Positions 20,542 through 29,642 of a stretch of 64,000 nucleotides of DNA are shown here, piece after piece (within the stretch, counting starts at the first letter, position 1; every line of letters begins with the position of its first letter). This stretch comes from an uncultured virus (IMG/VR IMGVR_UViG_3300017714_000002) (taxonomy: Duplodnaviria > Heunggongvirae > Uroviricota > Caudoviricetes): IMG/VR virus record IMGVR_UViG_3300017714_000002; one strand, given 5' to 3'. Position numbers and translations under genes: made by a program. The notes below the pieces were generated by a model. It was given only the letters and a program-made list of their open reading frames with translations. It made no database searches and was not told where the DNA came from.

Positions 20542-20959
20542 AGTGTTGCTCGAACACAGTTTTTATTTTCTTTATAAATTGTTTTGAATTACATTGTATT
20601 TTAGCACCAGGGTGTAATGGTCTAGGCCAATTACCTATTTTAACCCAACAATAACCATCACTTTCATTATTCAGTATAGGAATAAACTCTTCTTCTACAG
20701 TTACAACAAAACTATGGTATATAAATTTTTTGTTAGGACTTGTGAATTTATTGATAGGTATAACTTTTTTAATATCCGGAACTAATCCTAGTTCTTCTTC
20801 AATTTCTCTATACAACGTATCAATTGGTTTTTCATTATTATCTGATTTTCCTCCAAAGAAGCCCCACGTTCTAGGGTGGTTAACTTCACCACTACGGTGT
20901 TGAAGCATAACTCTTCCTGTATCTGTGCTAAGAAATATACATCCTGCGGCTGTAATCAT
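20528..20959 (-). CDS. NUDIX hydrolase
   Basis: Nudix box GGKSDNNEKPIDTLYREIEEELG. Probable start is the ATG at 20959 (MITAAG). Confidence 0.9.
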   Translation of the reverse strand: MITAAGCIFLSTDTGRVMLQHRSGEVNHPRTWGFFGGKSDNNEKPIDTLYREIEEELGLVPDIKKVIPINKFTSPNKKFIYHSFVVTVEEEFIPILNNESDGYCWVKIGNWPRPLHPGAKIQCNSKQFIKKIKTVFEQHSTKL

Positions 20960-21048
20960 ATTTTTGTTATCCAATGTGAACAATCGTCGTGTGGGTCATC
21001 ACAACTATAAGTAAAGTCTCCAGAAACCTGCATTATATACGCCTTCAT
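20956..21048 (-). CDS. Putative 30-aa overlapping peptide MKAYIMQVSGDFTYSCDDPHDDCSHWITKI
   Basis: Starts inside the 3' end of the gp15-like gene in another frame, fills the intergenic gap, and its TGA overlaps the NUDIX ATG (ATGA). Confidence 0.35.
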   Translation of the reverse strand: MKAYIMQVSGDFTYSCDDPHDDCSHWITKI

Positions 21049-22366
21049 AACTATTAACCCACTCTGAACCATTCCACTCTAGTTGGTCGCTACTTGATAA
21101 GTTTGTAACGTGTTGGGTATCACTTACACTACTGCTATCAAAACTAACATTCCAAGTTGAACCGTTATATTCAATAACATCATATTTATTAGCTACTAAC
21201 CCACTCCATATTGGTGTAGAAGGAATAGGATTAATTAGTATGTAACGTTGTCCAGTGACAGCACTAGGAACAGTTCCATCGCCTGGATAATTAATTGATG
21301 GATCTAAAATAGCATTTACGGCATTTAGTGTATTAGTAGGTAAAGTTGAAGGATCAATATCTACGATTAGTAAATTAGGATCACTTGGATGTTCGTCTAA
21401 TCGTCCTATAATATCTTCATCTTTAGCACCTGGATCTTTTGATTTTCTAAGTCTTAGTTGACTTATTCCAGGTCGTAATACTCCAAATGGAGTAAGTTCT
21501 TTGGCCCATTCTAATACATTACCGTCATCATCTAAATTGCTTCCATTAGCATTTAATAGTTGAAGGTTGTTGTTTTCATATTTTACTTTTCTATCTTCAT
21601 ATGTTACAACTGTATATTGTAAAGTTTCGTTATTAAATGGTTGTTCAGCTTTAAATAGATCTAAGTTTTCATCATCTAAGTTATAAAGTTCACTTATAAT
21701 CGTATGAATTAGTTTTTGTTGTTTTACCTTTGCAGGAGGATTTATATAAACTGGTATATCAAATGACATTGTAGCTACATCAATAATATCGTCAATACTT
21801 GATCCAACACTTCTTGTACTCCAGGTAGTATTAGTAAGTTCTACGTGAGATAACGCAGTCCAGTCTAGTGGACTAGCATTTGTTCTAATATCTAATGTAG
21901 GATTAAATAAAACAAGCATTTGTTCTAGTAACTGTAATTTTTGATCTGTATTTGATGACCATACATCTGCGTTCATTTGCATTATGTAAGGAACTGGAGC
22001 ATGACGTTCTACAGTATAGCTATTGCCTTTTTCGTTTTTATATTCTCCAGTAGTTTGGTCATACTTTTTTTCGTATACTTGAACTTTATCTACATGATCT
22101 TGATATGTACGTCTTTCTGGTACTAAATTTAAATTTGTTACATAACAACTTATAAATGGAACAGTATTCATAATGTTTTCACTGTTCTCTCTTGTTATGT
22201 GAGCCGCCATTCTGTTTATATCACCATAACGTACTGGAACTTTATGAAATACTGGAAGACCTGATTCTTCATTTTTACCCATTTGTACACTGAAGCCACT
22301 AAACAATCTTATAAATTGTTGAATGTATCTTCTTATTTGTTTATCATAAAAGTATTGTTGGCTCAT
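21005..22366 (-). CDS. gp15: Tail sheath stabiliser/terminator, T4 gp15-like, with C-terminal extension
   Basis: YFYDKQIRRYIQQFIRLFS...KVPVRYG...PVPY...QKLQLLEQMLVLFNP pattern; adjacent to the neck gene. Confidence 0.7.
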   Translation of the reverse strand: MSQQYFYDKQIRRYIQQFIRLFSGFSVQMGKNEESGLPVFHKVPVRYGDINRMAAHITRENSENIMNTVPFISCYVTNLNLVPERRTYQDHVDKVQVYEKKYDQTTGEYKNEKGNSYTVERHAPVPYIMQMNADVWSSNTDQKLQLLEQMLVLFNPTLDIRTNASPLDWTALSHVELTNTTWSTRSVGSSIDDIIDVATMSFDIPVYINPPAKVKQQKLIHTIISELYNLDDENLDLFKAEQPFNNETLQYTVVTYEDRKVKYENNNLQLLNANGSNLDDDGNVLEWAKELTPFGVLRPGISQLRLRKSKDPGAKDEDIIGRLDEHPSDPNLLIVDIDPSTLPTNTLNAVNAILDPSINYPGDGTVPSAVTGQRYILINPIPSTPIWSGLVANKYDVIEYNGSTWNVSFDSSSVSDTQHVTNLSSSDQLEWNGSEWVNSYEGVYNAGFWRLYL

Positions 22367-23433
22367 TTGTTAAAATCACTTTTTGGTTTAATAACTTGGG
22401 ATAGAGGCTGACGTTCTGGAAACTCTTGATCGTCAATAATTGTTGTAGCCTTATTATTAATAAAGCTACTAGCATTGTAAGTTCTATCACTCCAAGTTTG
22501 TTCAGTAACATTGTCATATAATCTATGCCATTTGCTTCCACGTCTTACAAATAGTCTATTAGGAGTAAAGTCTGTTCTAATAAAATATTCTCCATCTTTG
22601 GGATTTCCTGGAAACTGGTCACCTTGTTGTAAAGCTTCACCGTGTTTGTATTCGTTATCAACTTCTTCTTGGCCAAATAAATGTTCAGCAAGTGGCAAAC
22701 CTAATGGATCAGCTTCTTCAGCACTTTTCACAATAGCATTACTGATATTAAGTTCTGTTTTGTAAGCACTAACTTTATTTTTAAGGCTTCCTGGATCTTT
22801 AGCACTACCAAGTATATCTTTGTATTCTTGTGTATCTGTTAATGGTGCTACTTTAATTCTCCAAATATGTGGATACCAAGTCTGTGAAAATCCTTCACTA
22901 CCCCTAGCGGCATCTTGAACTACATAAAATTTATTAATAGCATCTCTGTCGTTGCTTAATAAAAGTTCATCTCTTAAATGAGGCAATTCAATAACATCAC
23001 CTGGCATTAATCTTCTACCTAATTTTTCTACCATATCATTGATATGAAAACTTATAAACAAAGTATCGTTGGTTAAGAATAATCCAAATTGAGTTAAATC
23101 AAAGTCATTGTCACTAACATTATATACTCCACGAAGATCAAAAATATCAGGATCATATTTACGATCTCTATTTTCCATAAACAGTAAGTCTTGAATATTT
23201 GTTTCATCAATTATACCTTCTGGATTTATTTCTTCTCCGGTTGTATTGTCTATTTCTAAACCACTGCCGTAGTTCGGCTCACTAGGATCATTATTGCCTT
23301 GTTGAGGTTGTGGACCCAAATACTTATGGACGTGTATAGCCGTACCGCCTATATCGAACTGTTCTCGTATAGTTCTGTCCATGAATTTGTAATCATTACC
23401 TTTATAAGGCTTATATAGTGTAAAACGTGGCAT
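22363..23433 (-). CDS. gp14: Neck/head-closure protein, T4 gp14-like
   Basis: DLLFMENRDRKYD, LTQFGLFL..D, GRRLMPGDVIELPH; lies next to the gp15-like gene. Confidence 0.6.
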   Translation of the reverse strand: MPRFTLYKPYKGNDYKFMDRTIREQFDIGGTAIHVHKYLGPQPQQGNNDPSEPNYGSGLEIDNTTGEEINPEGIIDETNIQDLLFMENRDRKYDPDIFDLRGVYNVSDNDFDLTQFGLFLTNDTLFISFHINDMVEKLGRRLMPGDVIELPHLRDELLLSNDRDAINKFYVVQDAARGSEGFSQTWYPHIWRIKVAPLTDTQEYKDILGSAKDPGSLKNKVSAYKTELNISNAIVKSAEEADPLGLPLAEHLFGQEEVDNEYKHGEALQQGDQFPGNPKDGEYFIRTDFTPNRLFVRRGSKWHRLYDNVTEQTWSDRTYNASSFINNKATTIIDDQEFPERQPLSQVIKPKSDFNK

Positions 23434-23454
23434 ATGGTTTTCCTTGTTATGTTG

Positions 23455-23493
23455 TATTTATGCCTTTTGAACCCAATGTGATATGGATAAATA
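23455..23493. promoter_or_regulatory. Back-to-back divergent late promoter boxes
   Basis: TATTTAT (23455-23461, minus strand, toward gp14) and ATAAATA (23487-23493, plus strand, toward sbmA). Confidence 0.65.
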
Positions 23494-23524
23494 TTATATA
23501 CCCACATAATATAAGGAAAACAAT

Positions 23525-24493
23525 ATGTTTAGATTTTACACAGAAAGAAAATGGTTACTATGGGCTTGGATAGGTTCAGCAATCATTTTATCATCATTAT
23601 GGGTTCAAGTTAAAATTGATGTCAAAATAAATGAATGGTTTGGCCAATTTTACGATATGATCCAAAAAGCACTAGCTACACCTAATGCAATCACTATAGG
23701 TGAGTATTGGGCTAGTTTAGGAACTTTTATATATCTAGCAATGATATATGTCGCACTAGCAGTAGTGATAAGTTATTTTACTGCACACTTCTTATTTAGA
23801 TGGAGAACTGCAATGGTAGAGTGGTATCATGCAGTATATGATAAAGCAAGAAAAATTGAAGGAGCGGCACAAAGGGTTCAAGAAGATACTATTAAGTTTT
23901 CCAGAATAATGGAATCACTTGGTACAAGTTTAATTGAATCAATTATGGTTATGGTACAGTTTGTACCTATATTATTTGGACTATCAGTAGGTATTCCTAT
24001 CTTCTTCTTTGGAGATTGGCAGTACGGATTGATTACAGGTGCAATAGTATGGAGTGTTGGAGGCACTTTATTTTTAATAGGACTAGGATGGCTACTTAGA
24101 CTCGTGGGTGTAGAATATGATCTACAAAAGAAAGAAGCGGCCTATAGAAAGATACTAGTTATAGCAGAAGATGACGATACTGTTAGACCAAAAAGAATAG
24201 ATGAATTATTTGCAGACGTTAGAACAATTCACTTTAAATCATATATAAGATACTTATATTTTAATGTAGGCAGAATTGCTTATTTACAAGCTAATGTTTT
24301 ATCTGCTTATGTATTTTTAGCACCAGCCATTGTTGCAGGTGTAGTAACACTTGGCGTTATGCAACAAATAATAAGAGCATTTGGAAGAGTAGAAGGGTCG
24401 TTGCAATATTTACTTAAAGCATGGCCTACAATTATTGAACTTGCAAGTGTATATAAACGTTTACGTGAATTTGAAAGACAAATCACTAAATAA
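23525..24493 (+). CDS. sbmA: SbmA/BacA-family inner-membrane peptide transporter
   Basis: FRWRTAM..WY...IEGAAQRVQEDT.KF matches the SbmA/BacA signature. Also INEWFGQFYDMIQKAL, QKKEAAYRK.LV..ED, WPTIIELASVYKRLREFE, and multiple TM segments. Confidence 0.9.
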   Translation: MFRFYTERKWLLWAWIGSAIILSSLWVQVKIDVKINEWFGQFYDMIQKALATPNAITIGEYWASLGTFIYLAMIYVALAVVISYFTAHFLFRWRTAMVEWYHAVYDKARKIEGAAQRVQEDTIKFSRIMESLGTSLIESIMVMVQFVPILFGLSVGIPIFFFGDWQYGLITGAIVWSVGGTLFLIGLGWLLRLVGVEYDLQKKEAAYRKILVIAEDDDTVRPKRIDELFADVRTIHFKSYIRYLYFNVGRIAYLQANVLSAYVFLAPAIVAGVVTLGVMQQIIRAFGRVEGSLQYLLKAWPTIIELASVYKRLREFERQITK

Positions 24494-24509
24494 TCATATA
24501 GGAGATTTT

Positions 24510-25004
24510 ATGAAACAAATTAGTCTATCCATAGGATCAGACCATAGAGGAATGAAACTAAAAGATCAAATATCAAAATGGTTAATACCAATTGATAGCG
24601 ATATTGGAACTAGATTTAATATAGATCTATTTCATGATATTGGACCATACGACGATAAAAAGAAAGTTAACTATCCTAGAGTAGTTGAAACCTTTTTAAA
24701 AGATTATGCAACACCAGATAAAATAAAAGCAGGATGGCAAGTATACAATGCAGGTATACTTATATGTGGATCTGGTTTTGGTATGTCAATAGCAACTAAC
24801 AGGCATCCGTTAATAAGGTCTGTAGTATGTAGAAGTGCAAAAGAAGCAGAAATGTCTCGTAAACATAATGACGCTAATGTATTATGTCTAGGTGCAGATT
24901 TTACAAGTTTTGCTCAAGCAAAGAAAATATGCGAAGCATTTTTTACTACTAAATTTGAAGGTGGTAGACATCTGACAAGAATAAAAAGTATAGGAAATTA
25001 TTAA
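24510..25004 (+). CDS. rpiB: Ribose-5-phosphate isomerase B (RpiB/LacAB family)
   Basis: The ATG at 24510 has SD GGAG. Motifs IGSDHRG..LK, GILICGSGFGMSIATNR, SRKHNDANVLCLG and FEGGRH..R. Confidence 0.92.
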   Translation: MKQISLSIGSDHRGMKLKDQISKWLIPIDSDIGTRFNIDLFHDIGPYDDKKKVNYPRVVETFLKDYATPDKIKAGWQVYNAGILICGSGFGMSIATNRHPLIRSVVCRSAKEAEMSRKHNDANVLCLGADFTSFAQAKKICEAFFTTKFEGGRHLTRIKSIGNY

Positions 25005-25005
25005 T

Positions 25006-26208
25006 ATGAAGATTTGCATCATAGGAGGCGGAACTACAGGATGGTGGGCCGCTGGTTACATAGAGCATAACTTTCCAGATTATGATATAACACTTATTGA
25101 AAGTAGTGATATACCAATAGTTGGCGTAGGTGAAAGTACACTTCCTATGATCAAAACTTTTTTTGATAGTTTTGGTATGCAAGAAGAAACATGGATGTCA
25201 AAATGTGATGCTATACACAAACATGGTAATATAAAACAAGGTTGGGATAAACCAGATGGTGATGAATTTAAATTTACATTTTGGTTTAATGATGATAATG
25301 TATTTGAAGATTGGTATAAGAAGTACAAAGCAGGTGAAGTTACAAAACATCAAATCAACGAAGAACTGTATGATGCCAAAGGTTGGAGAGCAGTAGCATA
25401 TCATTTACACGCAGAAGAAGCAGGGCGTATAGTAAAAGAAAATTGTAAAAATGTAAAACATATTGTACAAACACTTGATAAAAGACCAGAGGGGTATGAC
25501 TTATATATTGATTGTACAGGTTTCCGTAGACAATTTGTCAACGATAAAACTGAAGTAGAAATACATGAAAAGCATTTAGTTAATAGTGCTTGGGTTTGTC
25601 CATTTGAGCTAGATGAACATATTCCATATACTAGAAGTATAGCACGTGATTATGGTTGGCAATTTAAAATTGGATTAACTTCTCGTATTGGTACTGGTTA
25701 TGTTTATAGTGATAAGCATATTAGTAATGAAGATGCACTAGAAGAGTTTAAAGATTATACAAAAGACTTAACACCATTTATGGGTAAACAACCACGTAAT
25801 ATTAAATGGAATCCTAATTGGTTAAAGAATCCATGGGCAGGCAATACGGTTGCTATAGGGCTTAGTCAAGGCTTTATTGACCCATTAGAATCAAATGCAT
25901 TGTTTATGATACAATATAGTATTACGACGCTTGTAGAGTGCTTAAAACGCGAATATGACGCCAAAACTTACAATAGAATGATCAACAGAGTTTGGAAAGA
26001 AAACAGTGATTACATATTACATCACTATGCATTATCTAACAGAGACGATACAAGTTTCTGGAAAGAATATACAGATATGGATATGAGTGAAACTGTATGG
26101 GAACACTATAAAAAGACTGGAAACAAATATACTAATCTTTATCCCGATGCTATATGGGCAACACTAGCTCTTTACTACGATAATTTCAAGCATTTTTCCG
26201 GAAAATAA
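25006..26208 (+). CDS. Flavin-dependent tryptophan halogenase-like protein
   Basis: IIGGGTTGW (FAD), PIVGVGEST, AIHKHG (catalytic-Lys region), IDCTGF, GWQFKIGL (WxWxIP-like), RIGTGYVYS, and IGLSQGFIDPLES. Confidence 0.88.
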   Translation: MKICIIGGGTTGWWAAGYIEHNFPDYDITLIESSDIPIVGVGESTLPMIKTFFDSFGMQEETWMSKCDAIHKHGNIKQGWDKPDGDEFKFTFWFNDDNVFEDWYKKYKAGEVTKHQINEELYDAKGWRAVAYHLHAEEAGRIVKENCKNVKHIVQTLDKRPEGYDLYIDCTGFRRQFVNDKTEVEIHEKHLVNSAWVCPFELDEHIPYTRSIARDYGWQFKIGLTSRIGTGYVYSDKHISNEDALEEFKDYTKDLTPFMGKQPRNIKWNPNWLKNPWAGNTVAIGLSQGFIDPLESNALFMIQYSITTLVECLKREYDAKTYNRMINRVWKENSDYILHHYALSNRDDTSFWKEYTDMDMSETVWEHYKKTGNKYTNLYPDAIWATLALYYDNFKHFSGK

Positions 26209-26230
26209 TCAACAAAAAACAAAAAAAGAT

Positions 26231-26322
26231 GTAAGTCCTTGATTTTTAAGGGTTTTTTTCTGCTGAATAAGGTTGACATATAAGACGTCTTACTGTAAAC
26301 TGTAAGTATAGTTAGAAATAAA
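26231..26322 (+). promoter_or_regulatory. sigma70-type early promoter with upstream 26-bp motif, spacer palindrome and conserved leader
   Basis: TTGACA(26273)-N17-TAAACT(26296); palindrome TAAGACGTCTTA at 26281-26292; GTATAGTTAGAAATAAA at 26306-26322. Confidence 0.75.
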
Positions 26323-26332
26323 GGAGCAATAA

Positions 26333-26683
26333 ATGAAATATAAACTTTTTCAAATTCACGTTACAAAAGCAGAGCATGATAAAATTAATGCTGAAGGTCA
26401 TAATTCTGTAGAAAAGCATAAACTTAAACTTGATATGTCTTTCGCTAGAGATAATACTTCATCAATTGCTAAAGAAGCATTTGACAAAGGTTATTATACA
26501 CACGTTTCAAATATTACAACTGAAAAAGGTCTTGAAGGTGTATTTGAAGTAGGTAATATTGGTCCAGAAGAAAATATTGAAAGACTTCACCCTATGTATT
26601 CAACTTCAGTAGGTGATATTGTTGTTGATCCTGAAGGTAACAAACACGTTGTTGCTAGTTTAGGTTTCCAAGAGGTAGTATAA
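26333..26683 (+). CDS. Hypothetical protein (YodL-like motif)
   Basis: SD AAGGAG. The YSTSVGDIVV motif resembles the YodL-like S(L)SVGDVV. Confidence 0.5.
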   Translation: MKYKLFQIHVTKAEHDKINAEGHNSVEKHKLKLDMSFARDNTSSIAKEAFDKGYYTHVSNITTEKGLEGVFEVGNIGPEENIERLHPMYSTSVGDIVVDPEGNKHVVASLGFQEVV

Positions 26684-26877
26684 TGAAACTCCAACCTGAA
26701 GAAGTAGTTGAAGCTATTGCTCGTTTAGATCACGAAAGCAAACAAGAATTCGCAAACATCTTAGTAACTAAATGGTCCACACTTGCTGGTCATGTATCAT
26801 CCATGATTGACCGAGAATTGCAAGATTTAGACGTAAACAACCATTTTTCTGCCAAAGATGATATATACAAAAAATAA
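26683..26877 (+). CDS. Hypothetical protein
   Basis: Coupled start (TAATG) with SD GAGG. Confidence 0.6.
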   Translation: MKLQPEEVVEAIARLDHESKQEFANILVTKWSTLAGHVSSMIDRELQDLDVNNHFSAKDDIYKK

Positions 26878-26893
26878 CTAAAGGAGATTTCTG

Positions 26894-28201
26894 ATGGGAC
26901 TATTAAAGTCCGCGAAAAGAAAGAAGCCAAGAGCTTCAGTATATCGCACACCTAAATCTAAACTACAAGAACCTAAATGGGATGGTTGGGAAGAATGGTC
27001 TGGTGAACAATTTCATCGAGCATCTAGTTCAGCTAATAGCTGGTATTATGAACATTATAAAACTAGTGAACTACAAGAACACATTTGGCCTTGGATGTTG
27101 GCTAATGGATATGATAAGCAACATATTCGTAAAGCTAAAGCAGGTGCAGTTCACCTATCAGCAGTAGTAGGTTATAATTGTAGACAGTTGACATTAGGTA
27201 AACCGGATTATAATGAAAAAGAAGATCAGTATTGGGATAGTTTACCAGGTACAATGGGTAAAATGCAACCCACATCTGATTTTTTACATAAACAAATTAA
27301 AAAAGCAATGATAGATGGAGAAGAAAAAGTAGAAGAAGCAGAAAAACAGAAAGCTGAAGAAGAACGTAAACTGGCTATAAAGAAACAGCCTAGTATACAA
27401 GACCGTCTTCATCATGCTTCTTTAGAAATGACATTGCCTATTGAAGAATTTTTAGATAGTTGGTATACTAATTATGATAAAAAAGCATTAGACGATTTTG
27501 ATCCAGCTAAACTGTTTCGTAGACTGGGTGTAAAAACAGCTCATGCTAGAATTATAAGAAATTACTATACTCCTGGGTTGCAAGAAATGGAAGATTTAAA
27601 TAGTCCTCCTACAAAAGCTCAACTTGATAAAATGGATGAAAAAGAAAAAGACATTGCAGAACAGTTACAAGAAGGATATGACCATTTAGATAGTAAACAA
27701 AAAAAATTAGCTCTACAATGTTTTAGAAAAATCGTTGATGCTTGTGATATACTAGAAGCTGAAGGAAAAGCTAATCGTAAAACACGTAAAGTTAGATTAA
27801 AAAGTCCAGAAGACATTGTTAAAAAACTTAAATTTAAACAAAGCGATACAACACATGGTTTGGCTAGTGTAGAACCTAGTAATATACCTTATACACGTAT
27901 CTTAGTAGTGTTTAATACAAAGAATCGTAAGCTAGGAGCTTATTATGCTAAAAATGTAGACCCACTTAATGCTAGAAGACCTGGTACAGGGTTAAGTGTT
28001 AAAGGAACTACAATAACAGGTTATGATGAGACCAAAAGTATACAAATGACACTACGAAAACCAAGTGAATTCTTACCAGAAATCAAAAAAGCTACTAGAC
28101 ATAAGTTTGAGAAGCAATTTGAGACTCTCAAAACAACTCAAACCAAACTAAACGGTAGAATTAACAACGAGACCATCCTATTAGCCTGCTACGATAAGTA
28201 A
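26894..28201 (+). CDS. Hypothetical protein (early operon)
   Basis: 435-aa ORF with SD AAGGAG; no recognisable catalytic motif. Confidence 0.7.
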   Translation: MGLLKSAKRKKPRASVYRTPKSKLQEPKWDGWEEWSGEQFHRASSSANSWYYEHYKTSELQEHIWPWMLANGYDKQHIRKAKAGAVHLSAVVGYNCRQLTLGKPDYNEKEDQYWDSLPGTMGKMQPTSDFLHKQIKKAMIDGEEKVEEAEKQKAEEERKLAIKKQPSIQDRLHHASLEMTLPIEEFLDSWYTNYDKKALDDFDPAKLFRRLGVKTAHARIIRNYYTPGLQEMEDLNSPPTKAQLDKMDEKEKDIAEQLQEGYDHLDSKQKKLALQCFRKIVDACDILEAEGKANRKTRKVRLKSPEDIVKKLKFKQSDTTHGLASVEPSNIPYTRILVVFNTKNRKLGAYYAKNVDPLNARRPGTGLSVKGTTITGYDETKSIQMTLRKPSEFLPEIKKATRHKFEKQFETLKTTQTKLNGRINNETILLACYDK

Positions 28202-28240
28202 AATCTGATAAATACAATACGTAGTAGGAGAAACTAACAT

Positions 28241-28981
28241 ATGGCGAATGCATTTAACAAACTTCAAAAAGAAATAGAACTTCGTATGGGTGGAGGAATG
28301 ATTGATGTTGAGCTAGATCCGGAACATTATGAACTAGCAATAAACAAGTCATTACAAAAATACCGTCAACGTGCAGAAAATGCAGTTGAAGAGAGTCTAA
28401 TGATTCTTGAAATGATTGAAGGTCAAGCAGAATACACATTACCAGAAGAAGTAATGGAAGTTAAAGACATTTACAGACGTACAACAGGCGTAAGCAGTGG
28501 TACTGGTAACGATATTGAGCCTTTCCAAGCGGCGTATCTAAATACATACCTATTAGGTAGTACACGTAATGGTGGATTATCAAGTTTTGATTTTTTACAA
28601 CAAAATAGAGAAACAATGGGTAGACTTTTTGGTGCAGAATTATTGTTTACTTGGAGACCTCAAGATAAAAAGTTAATCCTACATAGAAAAATTAAAGCAG
28701 ATGACAATGCAGTTCTGCATTGTTACAATTACAGACCAACTGAAAGTTTATTAGAAGACACTTATGCAAGTCCTTGGCTAAAAGACTATGCCTTTGCTCA
28801 TGCTAAGATGATTTTATCAGAAGCAAGAGGTAAGTTTACTCAAATAGCAGGTCCACAAGGTGGAACTACAATGAACGCAGATCAATTAAGAGCTGATGCA
28901 CAGGCTGAGATTGATAAACTTGAAACTGAACTAACATTATACAACGATGGTAGTACAGGTTTAGGTTTTGTAATAGGATAA
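28241..28981 (+). CDS. gp13: Neck protein, T4 gp13-like
   Basis: Late box at 28208. LRMGGGMIDVELD, WLKDYAFAHAK..L...RGKF..IAGPQGG.TMN, and a C-terminal GFVIG. Confidence 0.8.
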   Translation: MANAFNKLQKEIELRMGGGMIDVELDPEHYELAINKSLQKYRQRAENAVEESLMILEMIEGQAEYTLPEEVMEVKDIYRRTTGVSSGTGNDIEPFQAAYLNTYLLGSTRNGGLSSFDFLQQNRETMGRLFGAELLFTWRPQDKKLILHRKIKADDNAVLHCYNYRPTESLLEDTYASPWLKDYAFAHAKMILSEARGKFTQIAGPQGGTTMNADQLRADAQAEIDKLETELTLYNDGSTGLGFVIG

Positions 28982-28985
28982 TCAA

Positions 28986-29618
28986 ATGCAATTAGGCAAA
29001 TACCACTGTACTATAGATGAGATTACGTATGACCGTAATGAGTTATTAGAATTTGTAAATCAACATAGACATAACATAATGCAATTTGGTGATTATATGC
29101 AATATCTATCTCCAGAAAAAAGAGAATTTAAAGGACGTGATGGTATGAATGCTATTGCAGTTCAAAAAACTGAAGGTAAAGATTTACTAGAATATCCTGT
29201 AGTGAAAAAATATGTGGATATGTTTAATTTTGCACAACCCATTGCTCCACGTGATATTGATTTACTACATTATGATCCAGGATACTCATTTCATCCACAT
29301 ACTGATCATTATATGTGGTGTGGTATAATGTTTCCTATTGAGCCAGAAGATGCAGGTGAGCCAATTAGTTTTTATAGTAGAGAAGGTCAAGAACCAGAAC
29401 GTAATGTAAACTATGAAAAAAGAGGTTGGACTGACGAAGACATAGAATACAACCATTACTATAGTAATAAACACCCTACCCTTTTCAACGGAATGATTGT
29501 ACATGGTGTTCCAAAGATATCTAGAGAGAGAATATACCTAAGAATTAAAGTCTTAGGAGAAAAGTTTGAAAACGTAGTAGAAAAACTAAAAAATAAAAAC
29601 TTTGTGATTGACAATTAA
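28986..29618 (+). CDS. 2OG-Fe(II) oxygenase-like protein
   Basis: YDPGYSFHPHTD (HxD) and LFNGMIVHGV...ERIYLRI (distal H and R). Confidence 0.7.
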   Translation: MQLGKYHCTIDEITYDRNELLEFVNQHRHNIMQFGDYMQYLSPEKREFKGRDGMNAIAVQKTEGKDLLEYPVVKKYVDMFNFAQPIAPRDIDLLHYDPGYSFHPHTDHYMWCGIMFPIEPEDAGEPISFYSREGQEPERNVNYEKRGWTDEDIEYNHYYSNKHPTLFNGMIVHGVPKISRERIYLRIKVLGEKFENVVEKLKNKNFVIDN

Positions 29619-29636
29619 CCCAAAACTCATTATAAT
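29608..29636 (+). promoter_or_regulatory. sigma70 promoter (perfect consensus), leaderless configuration
   Basis: TTGACA-N17-TATAAT, then 6 nt, then the ATG at 29643. Confidence 0.8.
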
Positions 29637-29642
29637 AATAGT

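Noticed and set aside
14770..26208. A bona fide RiPP cluster (peptide + halogenase + SbmA)
   Set aside because: No leader peptidase, RRE, YcaO, radical SAM or LanM-type enzyme was recognised, SbmA is an importer, and the genes lie in separate transcription units. It is kept only as a weak substrate hypothesis.
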